A stretch of DNA of 64,000 bases, taken from positions 19,027 to 83,026 of the forward strand of contig JAAYHC010000063.1 of assembly GCA_012735535.1 (NCBI GenBank), in the 5' to 3' direction. Positions 9,413 to 19,313 of the stretch are shown in pieces (within the stretch, counting starts at the first letter, position 1; the number at the start of each line of letters is the position of its first letter). The notes below the pieces were generated by a model, which was not told the origin of the DNA, did not search any database, and worked only from the letters and a program-made list of their open reading frames with translations. The stretch comes from Bacillota bacterium. Lineage in GTDB: Bacteria > Bacillota > UBA5301. Position numbers and translations under genes: made by a program.

Positions 9413-10123
9413 CTATTGCCGACGCGGCCCGAATATACCTTCTCCGATGCGCACCAGGGTTGAACCCTCCGCAATCGCCGCAGTAAAATCACCGGTCATG
9501 CCCATAGACAAGATCTCCATAGCTACATTCGGCAGCTTGAGTTCAGCAATTTTCACTGCCAGTTCGCGCATTCTGGCAAAAAACGGCCGGGCCTGATCCG
9601 GCTGAGCAACTAGCGGAGCAACGGTCATCAGCCCTTTAATTGCTAAATGGGCATAACCGGCCAATTGCTCAACCAAATCCACCGCTTGATCCGGATACAC
9701 CCCGCCCTTGGAGGGTTCTTCGCCAATGTTAACCTCAACCAACACCGCAATCTGACGGCCTTGTTCGGCCCCGATGCGATTCAGCGTCTCTGCCAAGGCA
9801 GGGCGGTCCAGCGAGTGAATCAAAGCGGCAAACTCCGCTGCTTTCCTGGCCTTATTTCGCTGCAGTTGACCGAGAAAATGCCAATTGACATCAGCCGGCA
9901 CCGCGGATACTTTCGTCAACGCCTCCTGTACCCGGTTCTCGCCAAAATCACGCAAGCCGAACTCATAGGCCGCGAGGATCGCCTCAATCTCCTGGTTTTT
10001 GCTCACCGCAACCAGGGTGATCTCCGACGGGTCACGACCGGCCCGCACCGCAGCGGTCGCGATCTGGTCCTGAATGCGTTTAATTGCTTCGCCAATTTGC
10101 TGCGCCCGATCCGATTTAACCAT
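9413..10123 (-). CDS. YggS-family pyridoxal-phosphate homeostasis protein (YlmE)
   Basis: TIM-barrel PLP protein with the VAVSK lysine motif, about 230 aa. Confidence 0.85.
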   Translation of the reverse strand: MVKSDRAQQIGEAIKRIQDQIATAAVRAGRDPSEITLVAVSKNQEIEAILAAYEFGLRDFGENRVQEALTKVSAVPADVNWHFLGQLQRNKARKAAEFAALIHSLDRPALAETLNRIGAEQGRQIAVLVEVNIGEEPSKGGVYPDQAVDLVEQLAGYAHLAIKGLMTVAPLVAQPDQARPFFARMRELAVKIAELKLPNVAMEILSMGMTGDFTAAIAEGSTLVRIGEGIFGPRRQ

Positions 10124-10125
10124 AA

Positions 10126-11451
10126 TTATAATACCTGGGCAGCCATCTCGGCTAGCGCTGACCGCTCTCCTTTCTTTAAGGTAATATGGGCAGCACCAAT
10201 ATAATCTTTAAACCTTTCGACCACATAGGTCAAACCGTTGCTATTAGCATCGAGATAAGGGTTGTCGATCTGATAAGGATCACCGGTCAAGACGATTTTG
10301 GTCCCTTCGCCGACACGCGTAATGACAGTTTTGACCTCGTGTGGGGTCAGGTTTTGGGCTTCATCAAGAATGAAATACTGCCCCGGAATGGAGCGCCCCC
10401 GAATATAAGTTAAAGCTTCGATATCTAAGAGATCGATCTCCTTTAAATGCTGAATAAACGAATCGAGTTTCTCCCGTCGGTCCCGGCTGCCGAAAATCAA
10501 CTCCAAATTGTCGTAAATCGGCTGCATCCATGGGCGCAGCTTTTCATCGACATCACCGGGAAGAAAACCAATATCGTTGCCCATCGGCACAACCGGTCGG
10601 GAGATCAGCAGTTTGCGGTATGCCTTCTCCTCCAATACTTTTTCCACCCCGGCCGCTAGAGCGAGCAACGTCTTGCCGGTGCCCGCCGTTCCCACCAAGG
10701 TAACCAGCTGGATATTGTCGTCGAGCAAAGCTTCGATCGCAAACTTTTGCTCGCGGTTGCGAGCCCTAATTCCCGAAAGATCGGCGTTGTGATTGCGCAA
10801 AGGCAGAATCCTTTGCTGCACCAGGTCAACCTTGCCTAAAGCCGTTTGGCCACGCCCGGCATTATCCTGAAACATTAAGAACTGATTGGCAAATAATGCT
10901 TCGTTCACCTCATCCAGCTCCAGATAGCCCTGGCGATAAAAGGTGTCGATCAACTCCGGAGCGGTCTCAATGGTGGTAAAGCCGGTGTATAGTTCATCGA
11001 TGTTGACCTTATTGGTTTCATAGTCTTCGGCCTCAAGACCAAGCGCATCGGCTTTAATGCGCATATTGATATCCTTGGTAACCAGGATAACCGGCTTTTT
11101 TACCCGCTCATCCCGCTGCAAATTGGCGGCTACCGCAAGGATCCGATTGTCATTGGTGATCCGCTCGCAAGTCTCCGGCAAAGACAGAACTTCTTGATGG
11201 TTAAGCTCAATCTTTAACATCCCACCTTGGCCGTTATCAACACCTTGGCTCAGACGTCCGCGCGAGCGCAACTCATCCAAATACCGTGATACCAGGCGTG
11301 CACTGCGCCCAATTTGATCAGACTTCCGCTTTTGGCCGTCGATCTCTTCAATAACGGCAATTGGAATAATCACATCATTATCTTCAAAGGCAAATAAGGC
11401 TTGCGGATCATGCAGCAGGACACTGGTATCAAGCACAAAAGTCTTTTTCAT
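10126..11451 (-). CDS. PhoH-like ATPase with N-terminal PIN domain (YlaK-like)
   Basis: N-terminal PIN-like acidic residues (LDTSVLLHD...). C-terminal Walker A GTAGTGKT and PhoH core. Confidence 0.85.
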   Translation of the reverse strand: MKKTFVLDTSVLLHDPQALFAFEDNDVIIPIAVIEEIDGQKRKSDQIGRSARLVSRYLDELRSRGRLSQGVDNGQGGMLKIELNHQEVLSLPETCERITNDNRILAVAANLQRDERVKKPVILVTKDINMRIKADALGLEAEDYETNKVNIDELYTGFTTIETAPELIDTFYRQGYLELDEVNEALFANQFLMFQDNAGRGQTALGKVDLVQQRILPLRNHNADLSGIRARNREQKFAIEALLDDNIQLVTLVGTAGTGKTLLALAAGVEKVLEEKAYRKLLISRPVVPMGNDIGFLPGDVDEKLRPWMQPIYDNLELIFGSRDRREKLDSFIQHLKEIDLLDIEALTYIRGRSIPGQYFILDEAQNLTPHEVKTVITRVGEGTKIVLTGDPYQIDNPYLDANSNGLTYVVERFKDYIGAAHITLKKGERSALAEMAAQVL

Positions 11452-11472
11452 CTGCCTACGCCTCCCGAGAAG

Positions 11473-12555
11473 CTACAAAATCACCCTGGTCCCTACAGCC
11501 AGACCATCGACGATCGCATACTCTGCATCTTGGCTAATCACACGCACGGGTTTGGCGACAACACCGCCAAACCCCTTGACATTGACTTGATATCCGCTGT
11601 TGGTTTGCTTTAGAGCCCGTACCGGAATCCGTACCCCCTCATGGTATTGAGTCACAACTTTCAACTCTGTCCAGCGTTGTTTGCTAAAGAATGGTTGATA
11701 ATCCTGGAAAAGCAACACTACCCGCAAAAACTCCGGGTGAGCAGCCACCACTTTTTCAACCTTGGCATCCAAAAGCTCACGGCCATCCCCAACAAAACCA
11801 ACTTTAATTTTTTGTCCCACCGAGACACTAGCCTCACTGGGCAGATCCGCCACCACCCAAAACTGCAAAGTATCGATGACTTTGGCCAGGGGCTTGCCAG
11901 CTTCGATCATCCGCTTATGCAAAGTCGGCAAGGGTTTTGTCGGAACTCGGGGAAACGAGGCGAGTGGCTGAGGCAGTTTGAGCAGGTTGTCGATGGCAAC
12001 CAAGGGCCCTGGACTTTCCAGACCGTCCACATAATAGGCTACCTCACCGGCGGTAGGGGTCACGATTTCGATCCGACAAGCTTTTAGCTCCTCGGCTATT
12101 TCAGCCAGACGTTGCCTGATCGTCTTTTCCTCGGCCGCCAACGCATTTGCGGCCTCAGCATCGTTGATTTCGGTCGGCTTGTTCAACGGATTGCGGGTTA
12201 AAATATCATCCAAGCGGCGTTGGAGCAAGTTCTGCTCACGGGTCAACAGTTTGACATAGTCGTTATCATTTATGATGGCTATCACCTTATTGGCCGGAAC
12301 CCTGACCCCCTCGGAAACCAATTGATCCACCTGACCACTGAGCGGAGCATTCAGGACGACCTCTTCGCGCAGGGCAATACCGATCGCTGAGTACGCTGTT
12401 TCAACCGTGCCGATTTTGGCCGTGACACTAGGACGCAATACCCGCCAATCAAAGGTAATTAACCAACCGATCGTTGCGACCAGAACAATTATGCTGACAA
12501 AAAGAAACAGAACGAAACCTAGACTTCTCTTCCTACCTGAACTGGGTAATGGCAT
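11473..12555 (-). CDS. HlyD/membrane-fusion-like protein (N-terminal TM anchor, coiled-coil, beta-barrel)
   Basis: Single N-terminal TM, central coiled-coil with TREQNLLQRRL, C-terminal beta-rich region typical of periplasmic adaptor subunits. No cognate transporter is adjacent. Confidence 0.5.
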   Translation of the reverse strand: MPLPSSGRKRSLGFVLFLFVSIIVLVATIGWLITFDWRVLRPSVTAKIGTVETAYSAIGIALREEVVLNAPLSGQVDQLVSEGVRVPANKVIAIINDNDYVKLLTREQNLLQRRLDDILTRNPLNKPTEINDAEAANALAAEEKTIRQRLAEIAEELKACRIEIVTPTAGEVAYYVDGLESPGPLVAIDNLLKLPQPLASFPRVPTKPLPTLHKRMIEAGKPLAKVIDTLQFWVVADLPSEASVSVGQKIKVGFVGDGRELLDAKVEKVVAAHPEFLRVVLLFQDYQPFFSKQRWTELKVVTQYHEGVRIPVRALKQTNSGYQVNVKGFGGVVAKPVRVISQDAEYAIVDGLAVGTRVIL

Positions 12556-12654
12556 GCATTCTCAACCTTTGATGATCGTTCGTAAAATCTTCAACAATAA
12601 GGTACATTATTCCTGTTCCAGTAGTTATTACCATCAACCCAAACACCAATTTGA

Positions 12655-12683
12655 AAGCCGCAGATTTTGGCTGCGGCTTAGCT
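12655..12683 (-). terminator. Intrinsic terminator downstream of the CBS-ACT gene
   Basis: Stem AAGCCGCAG/CTGCGGCTT with 7-nt loop, followed on the minus strand by a U-rich tract. Confidence 0.5.
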
Positions 12684-12685
12684 CG

Positions 12686-13345
12686 TTATCCCAAGTTGGA
12701 AACGTGTGCAACACTGTAACCGTGTGCTTCTAACTCTTTAATCAAGGGATCGGCTGAATCAACCGCTAACCGTACCACGATGCTGGCTCGACCCTCCGGC
12801 AAACCGGTAAAGGTAGCCAACGAAATAATATTGATCCCCGTCTTATAAATCAAGCCGGTGAGCTCGGCCAAAACTCCCGGATGATCTTCGACCTCCAAGG
12901 CAACCCGAATGCCGGCTCGGCGCAATCCCATCGATTCGATAAATGCATCAAAAATATTGGTCTCGGTAATAATCCCCACTAGTTCCCCCTCATGGACAAC
13001 CGGAAGGCCGCCGATCTGATTTTCTCTCATCAGCAAAGCAGCCTCCTCAAGCGTAGCATCAGGGCTGACGACAATCGGGTTGGTCGTCATCGCTTCTTTT
13101 ACCGTCATCTTCGCCAGCAAGTAATTAAGCTCATAAACGCTCAAAGAGGTAGCCGGCGAGGGTGAAACTCTGATCAAATCCATTTCAGTCACAATACCCA
13201 CCAATTTAGTTCCGTCCAGAACCGGTAACCGCCGAATTTTATGCTTGCGCATCAATTCGAGAGCATCCAGCACATTGGTTGTGGGGCTAACCGTAATCAC
13301 ATTCTTGGTCATCTTATCCTTAACAAACATCCCTGTCACCTCCAT
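12686..13345 (-). CDS. Tandem CBS-domain protein with C-terminal ACT domain (AcuB-like)
   Basis: Two CBS repeats (ITVSP..., IRRLPVLD, IGGLPVVHEG) then an ACT-like regulatory domain. Confidence 0.7.
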   Translation of the reverse strand: MEVTGMFVKDKMTKNVITVSPTTNVLDALELMRKHKIRRLPVLDGTKLVGIVTEMDLIRVSPSPATSLSVYELNYLLAKMTVKEAMTTNPIVVSPDATLEEAALLMRENQIGGLPVVHEGELVGIITETNIFDAFIESMGLRRAGIRVALEVEDHPGVLAELTGLIYKTGINIISLATFTGLPEGRASIVVRLAVDSADPLIKELEAHGYSVAHVSNLG

Positions 13346-13412
13346 ATTGGTCCTGTGATATATATTCCTGCTTTAACCGAACAGTCCTGCCATTATCTGT
13401 CTATATCTTTCA

Positions 13413-14375
13413 TTAATCCGCACGTGGAGAAAATAGCTCGGCGATTTGCAACAATACACCGGCTAACCAGGGAACGAAGGGTAATACGGCTAGCGCTGTA
13501 AGCAAATTAAAAAATGTATGGGCATTGGCCAATTGACGCCCGGGGTCGAGGCTGCTGGTAACTACTAAGAGTCGTAACAGGCCCACAAACGGCAAAAACA
13601 ACACAACACTGATGAGGTTGAAGACCAGATTGGCCAGGGCGGCAGCTTTGCCGGCTTTAGTTCCTCCCACCATGGCCAATAGCGTGGTGACCGAGGTGCC
13701 CACATTGCTGCCTAACATGGCGTAGAGAGCTACATCCAGCCCGAAGTGTCCCTGCCGCAGCAGGGAAATGATGGAGGCTATCACCAATGAGCTGCTCTGC
13801 ACGACAGCAGTAATCAGAAACCCGCCGGCGAAACTTTTAAATAAACCACCGCGCATCCAGTTCAGAATTGCAGCAAAGATCGCCAAGCGGCTGAGGGCTT
13901 GTAGCGCCGTCTGCAGCAATTCAAATCCGGTCAAAAGCAAACCGAGACCGCAAACCGCTAAGCCGGCCAGGAAAAACTGACGGCGCCGCGCCGATGCAAC
14001 TAGCGAAATCACGATGGCACCCAATCCGACCACTAACAGCCAGACAATGCTTTCGCGCAAAGATAGACTAATGAGCTGCGCCGTAACGGTAGTCCCGACA
14101 TTTGCACCCAGAGTTAAGGCTACCGCATCAGCAATGTTCATGACGCCGGCATTAACCAAACAGACACCAAGAACAGTTACTGCGCTGCTACTCTGGACTA
14201 CACCGGTGAAAAGTACAGAGAGCAGAAAAACCTGCCATAGACGGTTGCCGGTCACCGCAGTCAGTTGTTTTCGGAGCCGGCGGTTAAAAAGCTTGCCAAA
14301 GGCAAAAGAAGTGGTCTGAAGACCTAGAAAAAAACTGGCGATTCCGCAGATAAAAACAATGCCGGCTGCCGCCAC
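13413..14375 (-). CDS. Na+/phosphate cotransporter family (NptA-like) membrane protein
   Basis: Two internal repeats each with GxNxGT(T/S)xT motifs (GANVGTTVTAQ / GSNVGTSVTT). 8-10 TM. Confidence 0.75.
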   Translation of the reverse strand: MAAAGIVFICGIASFFLGLQTTSFAFGKLFNRRLRKQLTAVTGNRLWQVFLLSVLFTGVVQSSSAVTVLGVCLVNAGVMNIADAVALTLGANVGTTVTAQLISLSLRESIVWLLVVGLGAIVISLVASARRRQFFLAGLAVCGLGLLLTGFELLQTALQALSRLAIFAAILNWMRGGLFKSFAGGFLITAVVQSSSLVIASIISLLRQGHFGLDVALYAMLGSNVGTSVTTLLAMVGGTKAGKAAALANLVFNLISVVLFLPFVGLLRLLVVTSSLDPGRQLANAHTFFNLLTALAVLPFVPWLAGVLLQIAELFSPRAD

Positions 14376-14417
14376 CGTGCAATCACACCCCTAGCCGCTA
14401 TTCTAGGGATATGATTA

Positions 14418-14441
14418 AAGGACGGCTCTCATGCCGTCCTT
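14418..14441 (-). terminator. Intrinsic terminator after ylzJ
   Basis: AAGGACGGC-TCTCAT-GCCGTCCTT perfect 9-bp stem, followed by a U/A-rich run on the minus strand. Confidence 0.55.
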
Positions 14442-14664
14442 AGATAGCGTGCCGAATAATCGTGCCGGGCTGCAGATCCTGGCGCAGAAACACTTGCGGA
14501 TCAGAACTGATAAGGCGTTCGATGACTACTCCATCTGCCTCGGGGCATGGGCGCACCTTCATTAACACCCCTTGATAAACAATTTCCTTAGTAACGATGT
14601 ACTCTTCGTCTATGCCCTCGAATACGATTTCTTCTGGGATAATCGTCCAGAGCATCTTGCGCAA
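14440..14664 (-). CDS. YlzJ-like small protein
   Basis: 74-aa ORF immediately downstream of tepA, as in B. subtilis tepA-ylzJ. True start probably internal (MLWTII...). Confidence 0.55.
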   Translation of the reverse strand: MRKMLWTIIPEEIVFEGIDEEYIVTKEIVYQGVLMKVRPCPEADGVVIERLISSDPQVFLRQDLQPGTIIRHAI

Positions 14665-15415
14665 CCCCCTTCAGGTCCATAGGCGGCCGACCTTCCTGTT
14701 CCGCAATCAGCTGCCACAACGCCTGCATCGCGGCAGCCACCCCGCCAACCTGGTCAATAAGGCCCTCCCGGACGGCTTCGCGACCGACCAAAACCGTGCC
14801 GATATCCCGCATTAACGCGCCATTGCGGAACATCAGTTCGCGCAGCCTCTTTTCGGTAATGCGCGAGTTCTTGACCGTAAAATGCACAATCCGATCCTGC
14901 ATCTTTTCCAGATATTCATAGGTTTGTGGAACCGAGATAACCAAACCGGTCAGTCGGATCGGATGCACGGTCATGGTCGCCGTTTCAGCGATAAAAGATC
15001 TCCTCGCGGCAACGGCGATGGGGATGCCGATCGAATGCCCGCCACCTAATACCAAGGAAACGGTGGGCTTGGACATTGTCTTGATCATCTCAGCAATGGC
15101 CAAGCCTGCTTCGATGTCGCCGCCGACGGTGTTGAGCATGAACAAAACCCCTTTAATTTTTGGGTTTTGTTCAATGGCGACCAGTTGCGGTAGAATATGC
15201 TCGTATTTGGTAGTTTTATTTTTCGGGGGCATGACCAGATGCCCCTCTATCTGGCCAATAATCGGAACTGTATGAATAACCGGCTCAGCGGGCGGACTCA
15301 AAGGCATTTGTCCAACCTGTTTGATGCTTTCCAGTGCTGCCTGCTCAGGGCTAACCGGGGAATCTTGCTCTATCCGGCGCGGTACAGCTTCATTGCCTAG
15401 ATCTTTACTCTCCAT
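14588..15415 (-). CDS. tepA: ClpP-family protease-like protein TepA (YmfB)
   Basis: ClpP/crotonase fold, about 245 aa core with an N-terminal extension. Conserved neighbours rnj and ylzJ. Confidence 0.7.
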   Translation of the reverse strand: MESKDLGNEAVPRRIEQDSPVSPEQAALESIKQVGQMPLSPPAEPVIHTVPIIGQIEGHLVMPPKNKTTKYEHILPQLVAIEQNPKIKGVLFMLNTVGGDIEAGLAIAEMIKTMSKPTVSLVLGGGHSIGIPIAVAARRSFIAETATMTVHPIRLTGLVISVPQTYEYLEKMQDRIVHFTVKNSRITEKRLRELMFRNGALMRDIGTVLVGREAVREGLIDQVGGVAAAMQALWQLIAEQEGRPPMDLKGVAQDALDDYPRRNRIRGHRRRVHRY

Positions 15416-15489
15416 CTGCTTACCTCCATACCCCGAATCACATTACTAGTATGGAGAAAACGCGCCGGTTACATTCCCTATCGGTTGGC

Positions 15490-17157
15490 TTATATTTCCA
15501 TGATAATCGGCATGATCATCGGCCGACGCTTGGTTCGCTCCCACAAAAAGGCGTCTAAGACCTCTTTGATCCTGCGTTTGAGCACCGACCACTCCTTTAC
15601 CTCTTCCTCGCCTAATTGAGCGAGCGCCGCGACAACTTTTTCCTTGGCTTCCTCAAGTAAAGCCTCGGACTCACGGACGTAGACAAACCCTCGTGAAATG
15701 ACATCCGGTCCGGCTACGATCCGTCCGGTCTGTTTCTCGGTCGTGACAACCACGATCAAGATCCCATCTTGCGAAAGCACTCGCCGATCCCGGAGCACCA
15801 CATTGCCGACATCCCCGACACCCAGGCCGTCAACCAAGACTTGGCCCACCTGAACCTTATTCACGCTCTGGGCTGATTTGGCATCAATCTCCAAAATGTC
15901 TCCATTCTTTAACACAAAGATGTTTTCGCGGGGAATTCCTACCGCCTCAGCCAAGCCGGCATGCAGATACAAGTGGCGGCTTTCGCCATGGACCGGAACA
16001 AAGTATTTGGGGCGGACCAAGTTGAGCATCAGTTTGAGCTCTTCTTGGCTGGCATGACCGGAAACATGCACCCCTGGGGTGGACTCGTACACCACCTTGG
16101 CACCTAATTCGAAAAGATGGTTAACCGTCCGACCAACCAGTTTTTCATTACCGGGAATCGCGATCGCCGAAATAATCACCAGGTCACCCGGCACAATACT
16201 GATCTTGCGATGATCATTGTTCGCAATTCGACTCAAGGCAGACATCGGCTCACCCTGGCTGCCGGTGCAAATGATCACCAGTTTGTCATGGGGGACCTGG
16301 TCAATATCGTTCAGGTCAATTTCGATTCCTTTGGGGATCCGTAGGTAACCCAAGTCACGAGCGACGGTGATCACATTCACCATGCTGCGTCCGACAATGG
16401 CAATCCGGCGCCCGTACTTGTAGGCCATATCGACTATCTGTTGGACACGATGAATATTGGTCGAAAAGGTGGCTACAATGATCCGCTGCTTGGCCGCGCG
16501 GAAGTGCTCATCCAAAAACTTGCCTACTTCCCGCTCGGAGGCGGTATAGCCCGGCCGATCGGCATTCGTACTGTCCGATAGTAATAGCAGCACACCCTTG
16601 TCCCCATAATAGGCAAGCCGATGAAACTGACTGACCTCTCCGTCAATCGGTGTTTGATCAAACTTGAAGTCGCTGGAGTGGACAATGCAGCCCAGCGGGG
16701 TTTCAATCGCCATCGCCACGGTATCGGCAATTGAGTGGTTAACCCTGATAAACTCGATGCTAAAACAACCCGACCGAACCCGATCCCCGACCTTGACCAC
16801 GCGCAGATCCGGTTTGAGCGACGGCGCTTGCTCTTGTAGTTTTTGTTCCACCAAGCCCAAAGTTAACCTGGTACCATAGACCGGAACAGCGATTTCTTGC
16901 AACAGATACGGTAAGGCCCCAATATGATCCTCGTGGCCGTGCGTGAGAAAGATCCCGCGCACGCGTTCCTTGTTCTCGACAACATACTGAAAATCCGGTA
17001 TCACTAAGTCAATACCTAATAGCTCATCATCAGGGAAGGCCATCCCGACATCTACGATAATGATATCATCACCGTACTCAAAGACGGTCATGTTTTTGCC
17101 AATTTCCCCAAGCCCCCCTAACGGAATGACTCGGAGTTTACCTGTTTTATCTCCCAA
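15490..17157 (-). CDS. rnj: Ribonuclease J
   Basis: Metallo-beta-lactamase HGHEDHIG motif, beta-CASP and C-terminal domain. 555 aa. Confidence 0.9.
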   Translation of the reverse strand: MGDKTGKLRVIPLGGLGEIGKNMTVFEYGDDIIIVDVGMAFPDDELLGIDLVIPDFQYVVENKERVRGIFLTHGHEDHIGALPYLLQEIAVPVYGTRLTLGLVEQKLQEQAPSLKPDLRVVKVGDRVRSGCFSIEFIRVNHSIADTVAMAIETPLGCIVHSSDFKFDQTPIDGEVSQFHRLAYYGDKGVLLLLSDSTNADRPGYTASEREVGKFLDEHFRAAKQRIIVATFSTNIHRVQQIVDMAYKYGRRIAIVGRSMVNVITVARDLGYLRIPKGIEIDLNDIDQVPHDKLVIICTGSQGEPMSALSRIANNDHRKISIVPGDLVIISAIAIPGNEKLVGRTVNHLFELGAKVVYESTPGVHVSGHASQEELKLMLNLVRPKYFVPVHGESRHLYLHAGLAEAVGIPRENIFVLKNGDILEIDAKSAQSVNKVQVGQVLVDGLGVGDVGNVVLRDRRVLSQDGILIVVVTTEKQTGRIVAGPDVISRGFVYVRESEALLEEAKEKVVAALAQLGEEEVKEWSVLKRRIKEVLDAFLWERTKRRPMIMPIIMEI

Positions 17158-17175
17158 TCAATCAACCTCCTGTTC

Positions 17176-18075
17176 TTAAATAAGCCCTAACGCTTTAAGC
17201 TCTGTTTTGACCGGCGCCAGCTCATCCTCGCCCGCCTCGCACAACGGCAGCCTAAATCCTCCGACGTTGAAACCTAAGAGGTTAAGGGCCGTCTTAACCG
17301 GGATCGGGTTGGTCCGCACAAAGAGAGCTTTGAACAACGGCCACAGTTTAAGATGTATTTCACGCGCCTTCGCGACTTCACCCTGGTGAAACAGAGTGCA
17401 CATCTCTTTAATCTCCATGCCCACTAAGTGTGAAGCTACGCTAATCACCCCGTGCCCGCCGACAGACAAAATCGGCAGGGTGAGGTGGTCTTCACCACTA
17501 TAGATCAGAAATGAAGCAGGTAGCTCACGTCTGATCTTGGCCACCTGGTCAAGATCTCCGCTTGCCTCCTTTACCGCAACAATATTCGGAACATCCTTGG
17601 CCAGACGGACCAAGGTTTTCGCTTCGATATTAACCCCCGTGCGCCCCGGAATGTTGTAGATGATCACCGGCAACTTGGTTGCGGTCGCGACCGTCTTGAA
17701 ATGCTGATATAAACCTTCTTGCGTAGGTTTATTATAATAAGGGCTGACCAACATCACCCCATCAACACCGGTCTTCTCCGCTGCAACTGTTAGCCGGACC
17801 GAGTCCGCGGTCGAATAGGAGCCGGTTCCCGCAATCACCATTGCCTTGCCACCTACCGCTTCGGTAATCACAGAAAACAATCTGATCTTTTCTTCCTCGG
17901 TCAGAGTCGGAGCCTCTCCGGTTGTTCCGGCAACCACCAACCCGTCGCTGCCATTGGCCACTAAGCGCTGAGCCAAATTGGCAGCTGCCTCGTAGTTGAC
18001 CTTTCCGTCTTCTTTAAATGGGGTCACCATCGCAGTTAAGACAACACCAAAATCGCTCATCCGACAACCCTCCAA
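17176..18075 (-). CDS. dapA: 4-hydroxy-tetrahydrodipicolinate synthase
   Basis: GTTGE motif and DapA TIM-barrel. Synteny with asd and aspartokinase. Confidence 0.9.
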   Translation of the reverse strand: MEGCRMSDFGVVLTAMVTPFKEDGKVNYEAAANLAQRLVANGSDGLVVAGTTGEAPTLTEEEKIRLFSVITEAVGGKAMVIAGTGSYSTADSVRLTVAAEKTGVDGVMLVSPYYNKPTQEGLYQHFKTVATATKLPVIIYNIPGRTGVNIEAKTLVRLAKDVPNIVAVKEASGDLDQVAKIRRELPASFLIYSGEDHLTLPILSVGGHGVISVASHLVGMEIKEMCTLFHQGEVAKAREIHLKLWPLFKALFVRTNPIPVKTALNLLGFNVGGFRLPLCEAGEDELAPVKTELKALGLI

Positions 18076-18076
18076 A

Positions 18077-19312
18077 TTAATCCGAAAATCCGTTCAAACC
18101 GAACTCCGCGTGTAAAGATCTAATTGCCTCTGCTAATTGATCCGCCCGGATTAAGCAAGAAATATTGGCGTGCGAGTCAACCGACTGATAAATTTCCACC
18201 TTGACCGCTTGCAGAGCCCGGACAATCCGAGCCATCACCCCTGGCACCCCACGCATAGCGGCACCAACTGCCGACACCTTCGCAAATCCGCTTTCGGTCT
18301 GGGGCACATAACCCAAGTTGGTCAAAGCGTTGACGGTAGCCGGTAAAACCTGTTCTTGCACCGTAAAAATGACCCGGTCAGGAAAAACGTTTATAATGTC
18401 CACGCTGATGTTTGCCGCCGCCAACTGAGAAAAAATAGCCAGGTGTTGTTCACCGGGGGACGGTTCCGGGCGTAAATCAACCCGAACCTGTGCAACCCCC
18501 AAGATATGGGCTATTCCCGTGATCACCCGGTCGCCGGTAATTTCGATCCCGCCGGGAACCGTTCCGGTAACCAGCGTCCCCTCCGAGCGTCCATCGGTGC
18601 CCTTAATCCAGAGCGGGATTCCGGCTGCCATCGCCAACTCGACCGCCCGTGGATGAACAACTTTAGCTCCCAGATGGGCCAACTCGACTACTTCTTGGTA
18701 GGTCACTTGCTTTAACAAAGTTGCTTCCGGGGAAATGTGCGGATCAGCCGTCATAATCCCCGAAACATCGGTGTAGATCTCCACGCGCTTTGCCTTGAGC
18801 GCAGCACCCAGAGCAACCGCCGAGGTGTCGCTGCCGCCCCGGCCGAGGGTCGTGATCTCATTGTCCTCGGTTCTGCCTTGAAACCCGGCCACGACGACAA
18901 CTTTTCCGTTCCGGAGCTCTTTAGCAACCCGTTCCGGATTCACCTTGATAATGTGAGCACAGGTGAAATTGTTATCTGTAATGATCCCGGCCTGGGCACC
19001 GGTGAGCGCTACGGCAGCCAACCCGGCAGACTGCAACAGGCCGGCAAATAAGGTGGCCGAGATGATTTCGCCACAAGAAAGCAATAAATCGAGCTCCCGC
19101 CCCGGCAGACCGCCGGGTTGCGCCAACTCTTCGGCTACGACCCCGAGAAGGGTATCGGTGGCATACGGATCCGGCTTGCGTCCCATCGCCGAGACTACGA
19201 CCACGACGGCCAAACCTTGTTCTACTGCGGCCTTAACCAGATTGACGGCTTGCTGGCGCTCTTTGGGCCCTTTTAACGAAGTACCACCAAATTTTTGGAC
19301 AATAACTTCCAC
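18077..19312 (-). CDS. dapG: Aspartate kinase (dapG-type, with C-terminal ACT domains)
   Basis: KFGGTS N-terminal motif, 411 aa with paired ACT domains. The operon position matches B. subtilis dapG. Confidence 0.85.
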   Translation of the reverse strand: MEVIVQKFGGTSLKGPKERQQAVNLVKAAVEQGLAVVVVVSAMGRKPDPYATDTLLGVVAEELAQPGGLPGRELDLLLSCGEIISATLFAGLLQSAGLAAVALTGAQAGIITDNNFTCAHIIKVNPERVAKELRNGKVVVVAGFQGRTEDNEITTLGRGGSDTSAVALGAALKAKRVEIYTDVSGIMTADPHISPEATLLKQVTYQEVVELAHLGAKVVHPRAVELAMAAGIPLWIKGTDGRSEGTLVTGTVPGGIEITGDRVITGIAHILGVAQVRVDLRPEPSPGEQHLAIFSQLAAANISVDIINVFPDRVIFTVQEQVLPATVNALTNLGYVPQTESGFAKVSAVGAAMRGVPGVMARIVRALQAVKVEIYQSVDSHANISCLIRADQLAEAIRSLHAEFGLNGFSD

Positions 19313-19313
19313 G

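Noticed and set aside
15416-15489. Inverted repeat CTCCATAC…GTATGGAG downstream of rnj as a terminator
   Set aside because: No U-tract follows the stem on the minus strand. This is possibly a protein-binding site or coincidence, and not a confident intrinsic terminator.
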